The notes below the pieces were generated by a model, which saw only the letters and a list, made by a program, of their open reading frames with translations, searched no databases and was not told the DNA's origin. A program made the position numbers and the translations under genes. A stretch of DNA of 41,928 nucleotides. It comes from Octopus sinensis. Taxonomy: Eukaryota. How positions within the stretch are numbered: position 1 is the first letter of the stretch; each line of letters starts with the position of its first letter. This document shows positions 1-10,526 of this stretch, piece after piece. The stretch is taken from NCBI RefSeq assembly GCF_006345805.1, contig NW_021835234.1, positions 1 to 41,928 on the forward strand. Direction: 5' to 3'.

Positions 1-269
1 ATCAACTTTTAGAGTTACTTCCCTTGACATATTAATAAAAGACATGACAGTTTAAGATGTAGGTGCGTTTGTTTTTTGCATGCGAAGGGTACACTTGCAT
101 TCGCGCAGGAAGAGACAAATATACACATGCAAATTTTCTGCTGTTAACTTTAACAAATAAACATTGACTAGCTTATAATTCACACTTAATTACACCCGAA
201 AACTATGTAAAGTACTCACCATATCTACTAATACCCTTTGGACATGATCAGATTTCTATTTTGTTTTAG

Positions 270-325
270 ATAGTATATATGCGTATGTAGGTATATACAC
301 GTGTATATGCATGAATGCATGCATT

Positions 326-372
<47 letters not shown>

Positions 373-387
373 GCATACAACTAAATG

Positions 388-427
<40 letters not shown>

Positions 428-460
428 CATGTATATATTTATGTATATATTTATGTATGC

Positions 461-492
<32 letters not shown>

Positions 493-592
493 CATACATG
501 TATATATTTATGTATATATTTATGTATGCATATATATATATATATATATTTGTATGTATGAGTATATATATTTATATATTTATCATATATAT
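270..592. repeat. (TA)n/(ATGT)n compound microsatellite with an internal ~46-bp duplication
   Basis: Long TA runs. CATACATGTATATATTTATGTATATATTTATGTATGCATATATA occurs at ~424 and ~493. The YI-repeat ORFs here are artefacts. Confidence 0.95.
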
Positions 593-600
593 GCCTGAAC

Positions 601-700
601 ACCGCCTTTAGTGAAACATAATGTAACCCAGGACTTATTCTTTGGAAGCCTTGTCCTTATTCTAACTTTTTTTTTTGTCGAACCGTAAAGTTAGCGGAGC
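601..700 (-). mobile_element. tRNA-SINE 3' tail fragment
   Basis: ACCGCCTTTAGT...CCCAGGACTTATTCTTTG...GAACCG matches the reverse complement of the SINE tail seen at 12205-12340 and 2221-2374. Confidence 0.7.
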
Positions 701-835
701 ATATGTGTGGACTGTGCTCACCCATGCACAAACGCACATACGTTCAAACATGCACAAAGATATATGCAAAGATGCACACGTGTAGCTATTTTTGTTTTAA
801 ATATGTTGATCTTAAAACCGTGACATTCTGAAGAA
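700..835 (-). repeat. Inverted copy of the duplicon module CAGAATGTCACGGTTTTAAGGTCAACAT...CACAGTCCAC
   Basis: Reverse complement of the module at 12790-13020, 16620-16740, 17320-17400 and 28030-28260. Confidence 0.75.
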
Positions 836-1420
836 ATTGTATGTGTGTGCGGGCCAGCCAACGTGTGTGTGCGTGTATGTGTGCTTTCATTTCTGTGTCT
901 GTGAGTGGCATGTGTGAGTGTTTCAAGTTCAATGTTTGTGCGTGCGTGTGTGTATTTGTTTGTGATTGAGGGCGTGTTTAAATGTGTGTTTTGATTTCTA
1001 GGTGTGTGTGTGAGTGTGTGACTGTGTTTTCATTTTTGTGTGTGGGTGCGTACGTTTGTGTGTGAGTGTGTGCGACTATTTTCATTTCTGTGTGTGTGTG
1101 TTTGTGTGAGTGTGTAAGTGTTTGGATGTGCAACTGTGTATTTTAATTTCTATGTGTGTGTGTGTTTGTGTTTGTGCATGTGTGAGTGTGTGTGAGTGAG
1201 TGGGTGTGTAACTGTGTGTTTTCATTTGTGTTTGTCCGTGTGTGTAGCTGTGTATTTTAATTTCTACGTGCGTGTGTGTTTGTTTGTGCATATGTGAGTG
1301 TGTGTGTGTGTGTGTTGTGTGTGTGAGTATTTTTTTCAGTGTTTGTGTGCGTGGGACTGTTTTTATTTATGTGTGTGTGTGTGGGGGTATTTTTATTTCA
1401 GCGTTTGTGCGTGTGTGTGA
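836..1420. repeat. Degenerate TG-rich low-complexity repeat (GTGTGT...ATTTTCATTT units)
   Basis: Direct inspection. Similar blocks at ~2490-2620, 2900-3100, 18430-18580, 18860-19280, 29430-29590 and 29880-30290. Confidence 0.9.
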
Positions 1421-1509
1421 GAGTTCATTAATGAACTCATTTGCATACAAACAATTAGGGCTCACCTTGAACTTATCCGGTTAACAAACAGTAGTGTCTG
1501 AATGGGAAT

Positions 1510-1650
1510 TAGCTTGCTTACCTAACAAATGCTTCCGAGTTCAGTCCCACTGGGTGGCACGTTGGGCAAATGTCTTCTACTATAGTCTCGGGCCGACCAA
1601 AGCCTTGTGAGTGGATTTGGTAGACGGAAACTAAAAGAAGACTGTCGTAT
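1510..1650 (+). mobile_element. tRNA-derived SINE 5' half with CORE-like segment (Octopus OR2-like by recall)
   Basis: B-box-like GAGTTCAGTCCC, then GTTGGGCAAATGTCTTCTACTATAG...GGAAACTAAAAGAAG, ending at (TA)n. Family name is from memory. Confidence 0.85.
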
Positions 1651-1670
1651 ATATATATATATATGTATAT

Positions 1671-1835
1671 GTAGCAGTAAGAGTGGCTGTGGTATGTAGC
1701 TTGCTTTCCAAACACGGTGTTTCTGGTTCAGTCCAACTACGTGGCCCCATGAGCAAGTGTTTTCCAATATATTTTCGGACAGACCAACGTTTCTGAGTAG
1801 TTTTGGTACACGGAAACAGAAAGTAACCCGTCGTA
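1671..1835 (+). mobile_element. Second, more diverged SINE 5' half
   Basis: GAGTGGCTGTGGTATGTAGCTTGC (A-box region), GGTTCAGTCC (B box), GAGCAAGTGTTTTC core. Confidence 0.8.
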
Positions 1836-2009
1836 TAGAGAGAGAGAGAGAGAGAGAGAGACATAGGTATATATTGACAGATATATGTATATACATATAG
1901 ATATTTAAACATATAAGGGATAGCCATAATGGGACATCCGACACACTAGAGAGAGCAGATAAACTCCAAAAAAGCGTAAAAGTGTATGTCATGTCTGAAT
2001 AATATATTC

Positions 2010-2200
2010 GAGAGTTACTTGCATATTATAATTTAATAAAAGTAACATAATTATATGTAAGGAAAGTAACTCTAGAAGATGTTATCTAGTTATCTCCCTT
2101 CCGAGAGTTAATTTCCTTAAATATAATTTTATTATTGTTAACTTATAATATTCAAGGGAAGTAACTATAGAAGATACTTTGTAGTTATCTCCCTTAAGTA
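2010..2200. repeat. Cluster of alternating inverted GGGAAGTAACT / AGTTA(CT/TC)TCCC motifs with AT-rich spacers
   Basis: Motif pairs in opposite orientation. Homologous clusters at ~13790, 15105, 17943, 22420, 28945, 30945, 31765 and 32635. Confidence 0.8.
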
Positions 2201-2220
2201 TGTAGTTATCATAATATACA

Positions 2221-2374
2221 CTTTGTCGCTCTTAGACTCTTTCAGTTATTTCACTGTGACCATGGTGGAGCACTGCCTTTAGTCAAGCAAATCAACCCCA
2301 GGAATTATTCTTTGTATGCCTATTACTTAATGTATAGGTCTCTTTTGCAGAACCGATAAGTTACGGGGACGTAA
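2221..2374 (-). mobile_element. SINE 3' half (tail)
   Basis: CTGTGACCATGGTGGAGCAC..GCCTTTAGTCAAGCAAATCAACCCCAGG...GCAGAACCGATAAGTTACGGGGACGT. Copies at ~14000, 14830, 15265, 18160, 26915 and 29155. Confidence 0.85.
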
Positions 2375-3104
2375 TGTTCGATGTACTGATTAAGGAGGTA
2401 TTTATTTATTGTAAGAACTTCAATTATCATAAATTATGGGCTAGGAAAAATACTAGAAACTTTTTTGATATACCTATTGGAGCTCCTTGTGTGTGTGGGA
2501 CTGTTTTTATTTGTGTGAGTGTGGGTATTTTCATTTCAGTGTGTGTGAGAGTGTTTTTATTTCTGTGTGCGTGAGTGTGTGAGCGACTGAGTGTTTCTAT
2601 TTGTTTGTGTGTGTGCGACACTTACAACTACAACAAACACTTTGACCATTGCTAAGATACCCACATTTGAGATCACTAACTACTAAATCAAAATAAGTTC
2701 AATTTATTGCATCTTTAGTGACTTCAGATGTTGCTCATATTTTTACCATATGCCGACAATGTATTAATTTCACAAGTGAATGAAAGAAATTTTCACACTG
2801 GCATGGATGGGGCTGATATTCTAACTGCGAGTGCAAAGCACCCAATGCCCCTTTACATTCTGAATAAATTGTATGTTTGTGCTAGTTAGGGTTAGGGTTT
2901 TATGTGTGAGTGTGTAACTGCGTTTTCATTTCTGTGTGTGTGTGTTTGTGCATGTGTGAGTGTTTGGATGTGTAACTGTGTATTTTTCATTTCTATTTGT
3001 GTGTGTCTGTGTTTGTGCATGTGTAGGTATGTAACTGTTTTCATTTCTGTGTTTGTCCGCGTGTTTGAGTGTGTGAATATGTAGCTGTGTATTTTCATTT
3101 CTGT

Positions 3105-3335
3105 GAGATGCAGTGTCTAATGAAATGAAGCTGTTGCTTAGCTGTTGTTTTTCTCAAGCAACAAGTAACGGCTTTCCTGAGAGTTTTGGTAGCCTGGCTC
3201 AATCTTTCGGAATTACGGAGAAGTACTTGCATCTGTTAGATTCACTTTAACATTTGAATTTAATTTGTCAAAATATTTTCGTCGATTTGAGACTGCGACT
3301 TCTTCACTGACAAAATTCCATGCTGCATCTGAGAA
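3105..3335 (-). mobile_element. Probable Penelope-like element terminal (pLTR) fragment
   Basis: Contains the hammerhead-like fold at 3262-3317 and is bounded by the 8-bp inverted repeat AGATGCAG (3106-3113) / CTGCATCT (3323-3330). Assignment is inferred from the known PLE-hammerhead association. Confidence 0.5.
3262..3317 (-). ncRNA. Minimal type I hammerhead ribozyme-like motif (variant or degenerate core)
   Basis: Minus strand: UUUGUCA (stem I) GUGAAGA A GUCG-loop-CGAC (stem II) GAA AAUAUU (palindromic stem III) U UGACAAA (stem I). Position 3 is G rather than the canonical C. Confidence 0.55.
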
Positions 3336-3348
3336 AGTAAGTTAGTTC

Positions 3349-3643
3349 ATGATATATATGTATGTATGTATGTGTTTATGTATGTATGTATATGTGTACA
3401 TATATGTGCGCATGCATGTGTGCATGCCTATACGCATGTATGTATGTACTTACGTATGTGAGTATTTAGGAGAAATAGACGTGTCAGTGTGTGAACATGT
3501 ATATGTACTTGCGAACGTATGTTTATGTAATGATATGTGTCAGTTCAAGTTGTATACATGACTGTTACCTTGCCACTCGCTATGCAAGTACATCTCTTTC
3601 TCTCTCTCTCTCTTTATATATATATATATATAATATATATATA

Positions 3644-3702
<59 letters not shown>

Positions 3703-3820
3703 AGCAGATTGTAACATAGATAAATATATAGGCAGAAATAGATGGAGTCAGAAGAAGAATAGACATACCAACTACCAATCACCTAGAAAGATAGAGTGCT
3801 TGATAGATAGATAGATGCTT
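3349..3820. repeat. Compound microsatellite (ATGT/TC/TA/GA/GATA)
   Basis: Direct inspection. Confidence 0.9.
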
Positions 3821-3864
3821 ACTAAAACAGGGGAATGCCTCAAATTTTAGAAGAAGTGGTTAAT

Positions 3865-4030
3865 TGATTAAATTGATCTTATTACTTGACTTGCACTTTT
3901 TTTATCAACCATTAAAGGAAGAGAAACAAAGTTAGCCTCAGCAGGATTTGAAACTAGAATATAAAGAACTGGTAGAAATATTGCAAGGTATTTTGCCAAC
4001 ACTCTAACAATTGTGCCTCTCCACCATCGT
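3865..4030 (-). mobile_element. Decayed SINE of a second family (Deu/Nin-like central segment by recall)
   Basis: Minus strand GGCACAATTGTTAGAGTG...GTTTCAAATCCTGCTGAGGCTAACTTTGTTTCTCTTCCTTTAATGGTTGATAAAAAAAGTGCAAGT resembles a tRNA head followed by a CTTT-CATCCTT-GGTCGATAAA-AGTACCAG-type domain. Confidence 0.55.
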
Positions 4031-4734
4031 AAGTTTAATAGAATAAAATCTGTGAATGAATTTTGATGAATTTCTTGTGTAGTTTTAATGAAAGTTGGTC
4101 TCACATTGCTTGCATTTATATCTTTCCTGAGACATGTAAAACTTTCCATTTGCATAATACTTGGCTGCTTGTCACTTCAAATAAAGAGTATTGAACTGAT
4201 ATTAAAGCCAAAATTTTCCTTTCGCTACTATTAGGATGTTTTTCATTTTTACTTTCAGGGTTAAAAAATGAATGATTACACTTATTGGTTTACATGCGAA
4301 CTTTTGTTTATTTTATATCCTTCTATATGTTGGATATGCAAATTTCACGAAGCGGGGATAGACACAACTGTCTTCACACAACCCACTTCAGATTACTCCA
4401 CTAAACACAATACTCTAATAAATAGAAACTCTGAACAATGTCAGCAACTTCCATGAACTCCCAATGACTCTCTTTGTCTCAACCAATATGCTAATTTTTT
4501 TATAAGAGTTTTGCTAGTCCATTCTTCCAATCCCATAGGGGTGCCAATGACTCTCACCACAACAGTTTATACATGTAGATTTTACCAAGCAAGTAGCCCA
4601 TGCGAAGCTTCACCTATATGTAAGTACATAATTTTTTTGTTAAATTAAGTTTTCTGTTAGTTAACCATAGCTGTTTGTAAATTGAACACCTGTTTCTCTG
4701 TGTATATTGAACAATTTCCATAAGACATATATGT

Positions 4735-4900
4735 TTGCAAATGTAAAATATGTTTGTTTCCCAATACCATAGTTTAGTGTCTAGTTCTACTGTGTGGCAT
4801 TTTGGGCAAGAGTCTTCGACTATAGGTAGGGACCAACAAATGCATTTTTAGTGAAAGTGGTTGATGATGCTTATTGCATGTGTGTGTGTGTATACACCAT
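4735..4900 (+). mobile_element. Old, highly diverged SINE 5' half
   Basis: GTGTGGCATTTTGGGCAAGAGTCTTCGACTATAGG matches the SINE core. Confidence 0.6.
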
Positions 4901-5099
4901 ATCAATTATCTGATGCATGTTATAGGTAACTGTTGACAAAAAGTGCAAAATACTCATTGAAAAATCAAAATAATTTAGAGTAATGTCAAGAAGGGATGTG
5001 GAATGGATAGTGAAAGGTCTGGCTTGGAAGGTGTCCCACAGTATTGCTGCCTGGGCCTATGTGTCATCTTGCTACTGCAAGAGAGTACAGACCATTGAA

Positions 5100-5280
5100 T
5101 GTTTGTGAAATATTGGCATCTAAGATTATGAACTCTTTGGATTTACTGATTACCTTGATGTCAGTGAGATTGCCATTGTCAAACAAGAGATTTGTTACCT
5201 TAGTAAGTGTCTACCCTCCAACCATGTGTTCCTCTGAAGAGAAAAAAGGACTAATATTTTATCTTTCATGAAAAAAGCTT
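5100..5280 (+). pseudogene. RTE-clade LINE apurinic endonuclease fragment
   Basis: Translation LMSVRLPLSNKRFVTLVSVYPPTMCSSEEKK..FY fits the RTE APE motif LMTLRLPL...TIISAYAPT....EEK..FY. Confidence 0.7.
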
Positions 5281-5779
5281 CTATGCAGTATTCTTTCTGC
5301 TTATAAAATCTTCATACTTGTGTGATTCAGAGATAAAAAAATTTGGGATATAATTGGGAAACATGAAGCCAGAAAATGCAATAGTAATGGCTTGTTTAGT
5401 ACTGCAAATGTGTTCGATTTTTGCATATACTGGGTAACTGTCAATCTCCTAGTGTGGAGCATGCTGTATTTGAGCACCAAATATGTGGGAGTATTTATGT
5501 GATCAAGATGAAAGGCAATTAGGTCTCTCATTAATTTCTGTTTGGTGAGTTGGCCCTGAGGAAAAATCTAGGCAACAAATTGAAATTAAGGCATGAAAGT
5601 CATTAGAGACACTTAGAGGATCTAGATCAAATTAGAGACAGTGAAAACATCACAAAGTTTTTGATGGAAAAAATTGGTTCATGTTGGAATGAGTGAATTT
5701 GAATGAATGTCAATAAAATCTTAGTGTGCATGAAAAGCTTGAGAGAGATTTTTGAAAAGGTCTTAATATTAATGTTTCC

Positions 5780-7060
5780 ATTGTGTTTTGCTTCAAAAAC
5801 TACATAGACATGACAGAATTAAATAGACATCCTTATAATTGTTAAAATTTATTTAAATTATTTATTAATTATTATAATGTGAATATCTAATATTTAGTAG
5901 ACAGGCTCCTTGCATTTTTGAATGCAAGGACCCTAGCAGGCATGCTACTGATCTGATGAATATTCTCTTCATGATTTTCTTGCCAAGTTTCTTGCAGTAA
6001 TATCAAAAGATCTGGCTTTAAGGATGCTTTCTTTTTCTTTTTAGGAAGTATCCCATCCATCATGCCTCAGATGTGTTCAGTAGGGTTCATATCTGGTGAT
6101 TGGCTTAGCTATGGAAGCTTTTTAATGCCATTCTCTTCCAACCAATCCTGGGTCTTTTAGTTGTGCAAGAAAGCCCTATCTTCCATAAATAGTGTTATTT
6201 AATCATTTTACCCCTGGAGGTTATAGGAAGAAGATTTTTCTATAATATGGACACATATTTATCTGAGTTTATGTATCCCTCACATTCCACCATTTCTGAT
6301 TGACTATTGCTCCAAACTGCTCTCCAGACCATCACATGTTTCATTGTTGGCTGCAATATATTCACGTGAAAATATTGGTGACTGATTCTCCAGACCCACA
6401 TTCGACCAGTGTCAGAAAATACAGCAAATCTGGATTCATCAGAGAATTTGACTGTGTCCCAAAGTGCTAGTGACCTCTCTACCATTTCACTTGTCCAATC
6501 TTTTCTCCATTTGATATTGGCTGGTCGAAGCAGTGTCTTCTTTCTTGCTGCTCTGCCATAATAGCCAATTTTGCGGAGATAACTGACAGCTATTCTGGGA
6601 CTGACATCAACTTATTCTGCTATATTGGAGGCCTTGCAATGAGGATTATCTTACACACTTCTCTTAAGAAAGCAAAGTGTTCTGTCAGAGGGCCTTAGTC
6701 TACCTGGGTAAGGTGATATGGACTACTTTCCTGTTTAGTGAATTGAAATATTACTCTATTTACTGTAGAAAGTGGAATCACAATGTTTTCTGTGGTTTTA
6801 GGCTAAGTCAGCCTTGAAATAGGCGCAGCATATGGCCTCTTTGTAAATTGGACATTTTTAAGGCTTCTTTTGTACATGGCATGATTAAACAGTTACATAT
6901 AGAACCTGAAACATATAAATGTCAATTAATAAAAAAAATATAAACCTCTTCAAGTTATAATAACAATGTGTTAATGGGTATCTATTTACTTTTGTCATGT
7001 TTGTGTACAAATGTATCATTTGTTACAACTGCACTTTGAAAGAAAAAGAAAACCTTTAGT
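5780..7060 (-). mobile_element. Tc1/mariner DNA transposon, decayed, with long diverged terminal inverted repeats
   Basis: Transposase pseudogene inside. IR cores TACATAGACATGACAGAATTAAATAGACATCC (5801-5838) and its diverged complement at ~6970-7007. Confidence 0.75.
5887..6882 (-). pseudogene. Tc1-family DD34E transposase pseudogene (~330 codons, stops and frameshifts)
   Basis: MPCTKE.., HTH region IPLSTVNRVI, GYYGRAARKK, W..V.FSDESRF, VMVW, GYINSDKYVSIL, FMED, SQSPDMNPTEHIW, SMPARV...TKY-stop. Confidence 0.92.
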
Positions 7061-7737
7061 AGAAAATTAGCATTAGCTACGACAACGTTACCCAACTATT
7101 AAATCTTATTTTTTTCAAACTCATGCTAGGATGGAAAAATGAACGTAGGTATGAGACTTATTTTTACACATGTATTGATGCATATAAAACATGAAATTAT
7201 GTTGTCTACATACTTAAATACTTGCAATTAATTCATTGTAAGAACATAGAATTTTGACAGGTTTTCTTGAGTTGTTGCTCATCTACAATAATCTGATAAA
7301 TTGAGGTTATTGTTGGTTGCATAAGATTGTCATTGAATTTTCTCTCGACAGAAATATCTAATCATTTTATCCATACTAGCATGGGTTGTGTGTATCATGT
7401 TGATATCTGTTTCAGTTTAATTCCCTCTGCAATAGTTTCTTTTTTTTTTTTTATGCAATATGGTACTTTCATAAAATACAGTTGTCTCTTGCCTTACACA
7501 GTATTCTGTTTCTTACTTTCACTTTAGCACAATTTTGCTCATTTTCCTCTATTGTTTCTTTTTGTTTTTGTTTTTACAAATATAGAAGTAGTACCTGCTT
7601 CAGTTTCTCATAATATTTTGTTAAATATTTTTGAATTTGAAATATTAAAATTGATTTCACTGGAAATGAAAATTCAATGTATAAAATTAACTTTAAACTA
7701 GATGTTCAGCATAAAATGCAAAAGTTTTACAAAAATT

Positions 7738-8604
7738 GTCATCATCATCATCATCATTTAATGTCCATTATCTATGCTGGCATACGTTGGACAGTTTCAT
7801 CAGGGCTGGTAAGCTGAGGGTGTGCAGCAGACTCCAGTCTGATTTGTCATTGTTTGTATGGCTTGATGTTCTTCTTAACATCAAGCACTCCATGAGTGTT
7901 GTGGGCAGGGGTTGTGAAAAAAATTAATTGATGGGAAATTAATTACAATATATTGTCTTCTAAGGCACGGCATGTCATGAAAGGTGTCGGTCATTAGTCA
8001 TTGCCTTTATAAGTTTCAACAGTCAAAGATCATGCATTACCACCTTGTCCAATGCCTTCTTATGTCTACTTCTTCTGCCATGTAGCATAGTTGTCTGCAC
8101 AGGTATAATAAATATGGCTTTCACTCTGAAGGAGAGAACCTTAGTTACCAAACAGAGGAAGGAGCTCTCTGAATTTGCTCAGCCTATTTTTATTCTTGCA
8201 GCCACACTCTTGGTTCATCCACCTCTGCTACTGACTTTGTTGCTCAACAATCTTTATCGTACTCCTCTGGTATTTGATGAAGCCCATTTTCTGTACACTT
8301 TTAGTGTTTACTGTACATGTGCACCTTCCACATGCAAAAAATATTTTCCCAGTTTACCTTCCTCTGATATTGCTACACCTATTATGTGTTATACAGAGTA
8401 CATCTACCTACCTGTTTCCTTCATATTGAGGATGGCCATGTACCTGAAGGGCTTTACGATTTATCTGTTTTCCTACTTACTAAGACTTTGGGTTATGGTT
8501 GGGTAGGTTAATTCTGTGACCTTTCAATTCTAGATCTTGCTTCCATATGCAAAATTTGTTCTCTAGTTCTGGTAGTGATTTAGCTATAAGAAGAAGCTCA
8601 TTAG
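7738..8604 (-). mobile_element. RTE-clade LINE, 3' part (RT after YADD, Cys-rich segment, 3' UTR with (GAT)n tail), internally deleted
   Basis: Minus-strand LIAKSLPELENKF..WKQDLELKG..IN, KVLVSRK, SSRGG..SVAARIKIG. Tail (TCA)n at 7738-7757 on the plus strand. Confidence 0.85.
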
Positions 8605-10526
8605 TAAATAAGTGTGAAAACTCTTTGCTTTCACAAACACTTTATGTACACTGATTGAAGCAATGAAAAAAGGTCCTCGGTATACCTGAAACGTGAAGGA
8701 AAATATTTGGATAATGAAACTAATAATGTATGGCTAATTGAATGTAATGTAATAAATGATAATATATGAGTGTTCAGTTGTCATCCTCTATGCCCTCCCC
8801 AATTCCTTTGAGAGAAGCAAAGAAGACTAATAATATGTATTAAATGATTAACGAAAATATAATTAGTGCAAGAGACCCTTAATCAATATTGACGGTTGAC
8901 GATCAAGGAGCAACGTGTCAGTTGTGCATCAGGCTTTTAGTCTTTGTGAGTCTGGCAGAGCGACTAACAGGACAATTGCTGGATGGGGATAAACTGCATC
9001 AGGCAGGGTCGCTCTTGGAGGGCAGGGGTTTCAAGGGGTGTTGGGGTATGACCACTTGTGGTAAAGGTGGGGTAAGTTGGCATGGCTCTGTGGGTAGGCG
9101 GTGAGATGCATTTCTGGTCATGGTAATTTTGGAGTCGGGAAGTGGGCATTGGTGTTGCAGCTGCATGAGGTGCTGTTAAAGTCGGTTGAGAAGGTAGTCT
9201 CATCACTGGTGTTGGCGTGAAGAACGCAGGTGGTCCAGACACCATGAGCAGTGGGCCATGGGGAAGAAGCAGTAGATACTTCCAGAGGAATTTTGTTGCA
9301 CAGTGTGACTTGGCCTGATCCATCCACTCTCAACATGTATGATCGAAATGATGTACATCTAAATGGCACCAGTTTTCCCCCCATTTGTAGGATTGGGTCA
9401 AACTTGGCTCTGGATTAGGACATAGTTCGAAAGAAGTGAGCATGTGTGTTTTGACAACTGTTCAGTAACACTCATGTGTTTACGCAGGTCTTCTTTTCAA
9501 TAAGTCATAGTTTCATGCCATGTGGAATGTAGCTTGTACTTGCCGGGATGGATGGGAATAAAGTATTGTATAGGGCTGCCAAAGATGCACATGGCTGGGG
9601 ACAAGTGTGTGTCCCGGTCAGGTGTATTTCTTTATTGTAGCATTGTGCACTGGAAACTGTCAGTGTTAAGGAAGCCATTGGTGTCAGTGTTGTCTGTAAC
9701 GAGGCCCTTTATTGTCTCAATACCGACTTTGGCGCGCAGTTTCATGGGGAAATGCAATGGCGGTGATTCTCCCCAATTGTGGAAGAAGGTACAATGTCAG
9801 CTCATAGCTGATAGGGCAGTGTTAAGTGCCTGTGCGCCATTCAATGCTCCTTTAAGATGGTTTTCCAGACCTGTTAGGACATACCACCATTGTCTGTCAC
9901 CAAGTGACAGATGTACCAATGGGAATAGGCTTGATAACTCCAAGTGGAACATTCCGGTCGAGACCTGCTTTTACTTCCTCTTGCCAATGAACCAGGACTG
10001 GTATGGGCGTATGGTGGGCGACTGGTTTAGCATTAAGCGGATCGGTTGGTCAGACATCTTGGAGAATTGCCAATGGTTGCAGACGTTGAATGTGCTGGAG
10101 CTGTAGTATTGTAGCAGCTACTTCCTCAGGTGAAAACGTTTTTCCTCAGTTGCTGGGAATGGTAGTGTAGTTGGATGAGGGGGTTGTATTTGTTGTAGGT
10201 GGCAGGTGCATACATTCTGTGTCATTGTTGCAGATGATCGATGAGGCTTGTCAGTACTCACTCCCATGGATTGTTTACAGGCGAACTCATGGCACAATCA
10301 GGTGCAGGACAGGGTACGTTGGTCATACTGACTCGCTTTTTGTCATAAATAAGTCTGACAACTGTTTGCTTTCACCAATATTTTACGCAGTCTGAAGCAA
10401 TGAGTAAAGGGTCTTCAGTATACCTGAAATGTGAAGGAAAGATGATGGATATAAAATGAATAATATATGGCGAATTGAATGTAATGTAATAAATTGTAAT
10501 ATATTGTGTTTAGTTGTAATCCTGTA
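8605..10526 (-). mobile_element. Ty3/Gypsy (Mag-like) LTR retrotransposon, internally deleted, both LTRs present
   Basis: Diverged direct repeats 8605-8791 and 10346-10526. PPT-like GGAATTGGGGAGGG before the 3' LTR. RT N-terminus PVAHHTPIPV..HWQEEVKAGLDR.V.LGVI.P.PIG..VTW..MVVC (~9840-10030). Integrase C-terminus RNTPDRDTHLSPAMCIFG...RVDGSGQVTL (~9240-9740). Confidence 0.88.

Larger units (their letters stand above)
1426..3104 (+). repeat. Duplicon partial copy (octamer block - two SINE heads - palindrome cluster - SINE tail - TG block - mini TTAGGG)
   Basis: Same module order and high identity as 13072-14340 and 28308-30110. Confidence 0.9.

Noticed and set aside
2391-2401. Perfect Shine-Dalgarno TAAGGAGGT
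   Set aside because: Eukaryotic repeat, no downstream ORF, and most paralogs read TTAGTAGGT.
266-3782. Numerous YI/CV/HT-repeat ORFs (also ~13164, 14284, 27369, 31163)
   Set aside because: Translations of TA, TG and CA microsatellites.
4270-4680. Possible exon ending in GTAAGT at ~4620
   Set aside because: No open frame or recognisable domain, and no neighbouring exons.
8045-8506. 153-aa plus-strand ORF
   Set aside because: Antisense to the RTE LINE RT, whose motifs are on the minus strand.
9522-10106. 194-aa plus-strand ORF
   Set aside because: Antisense to Gypsy pol fragments.
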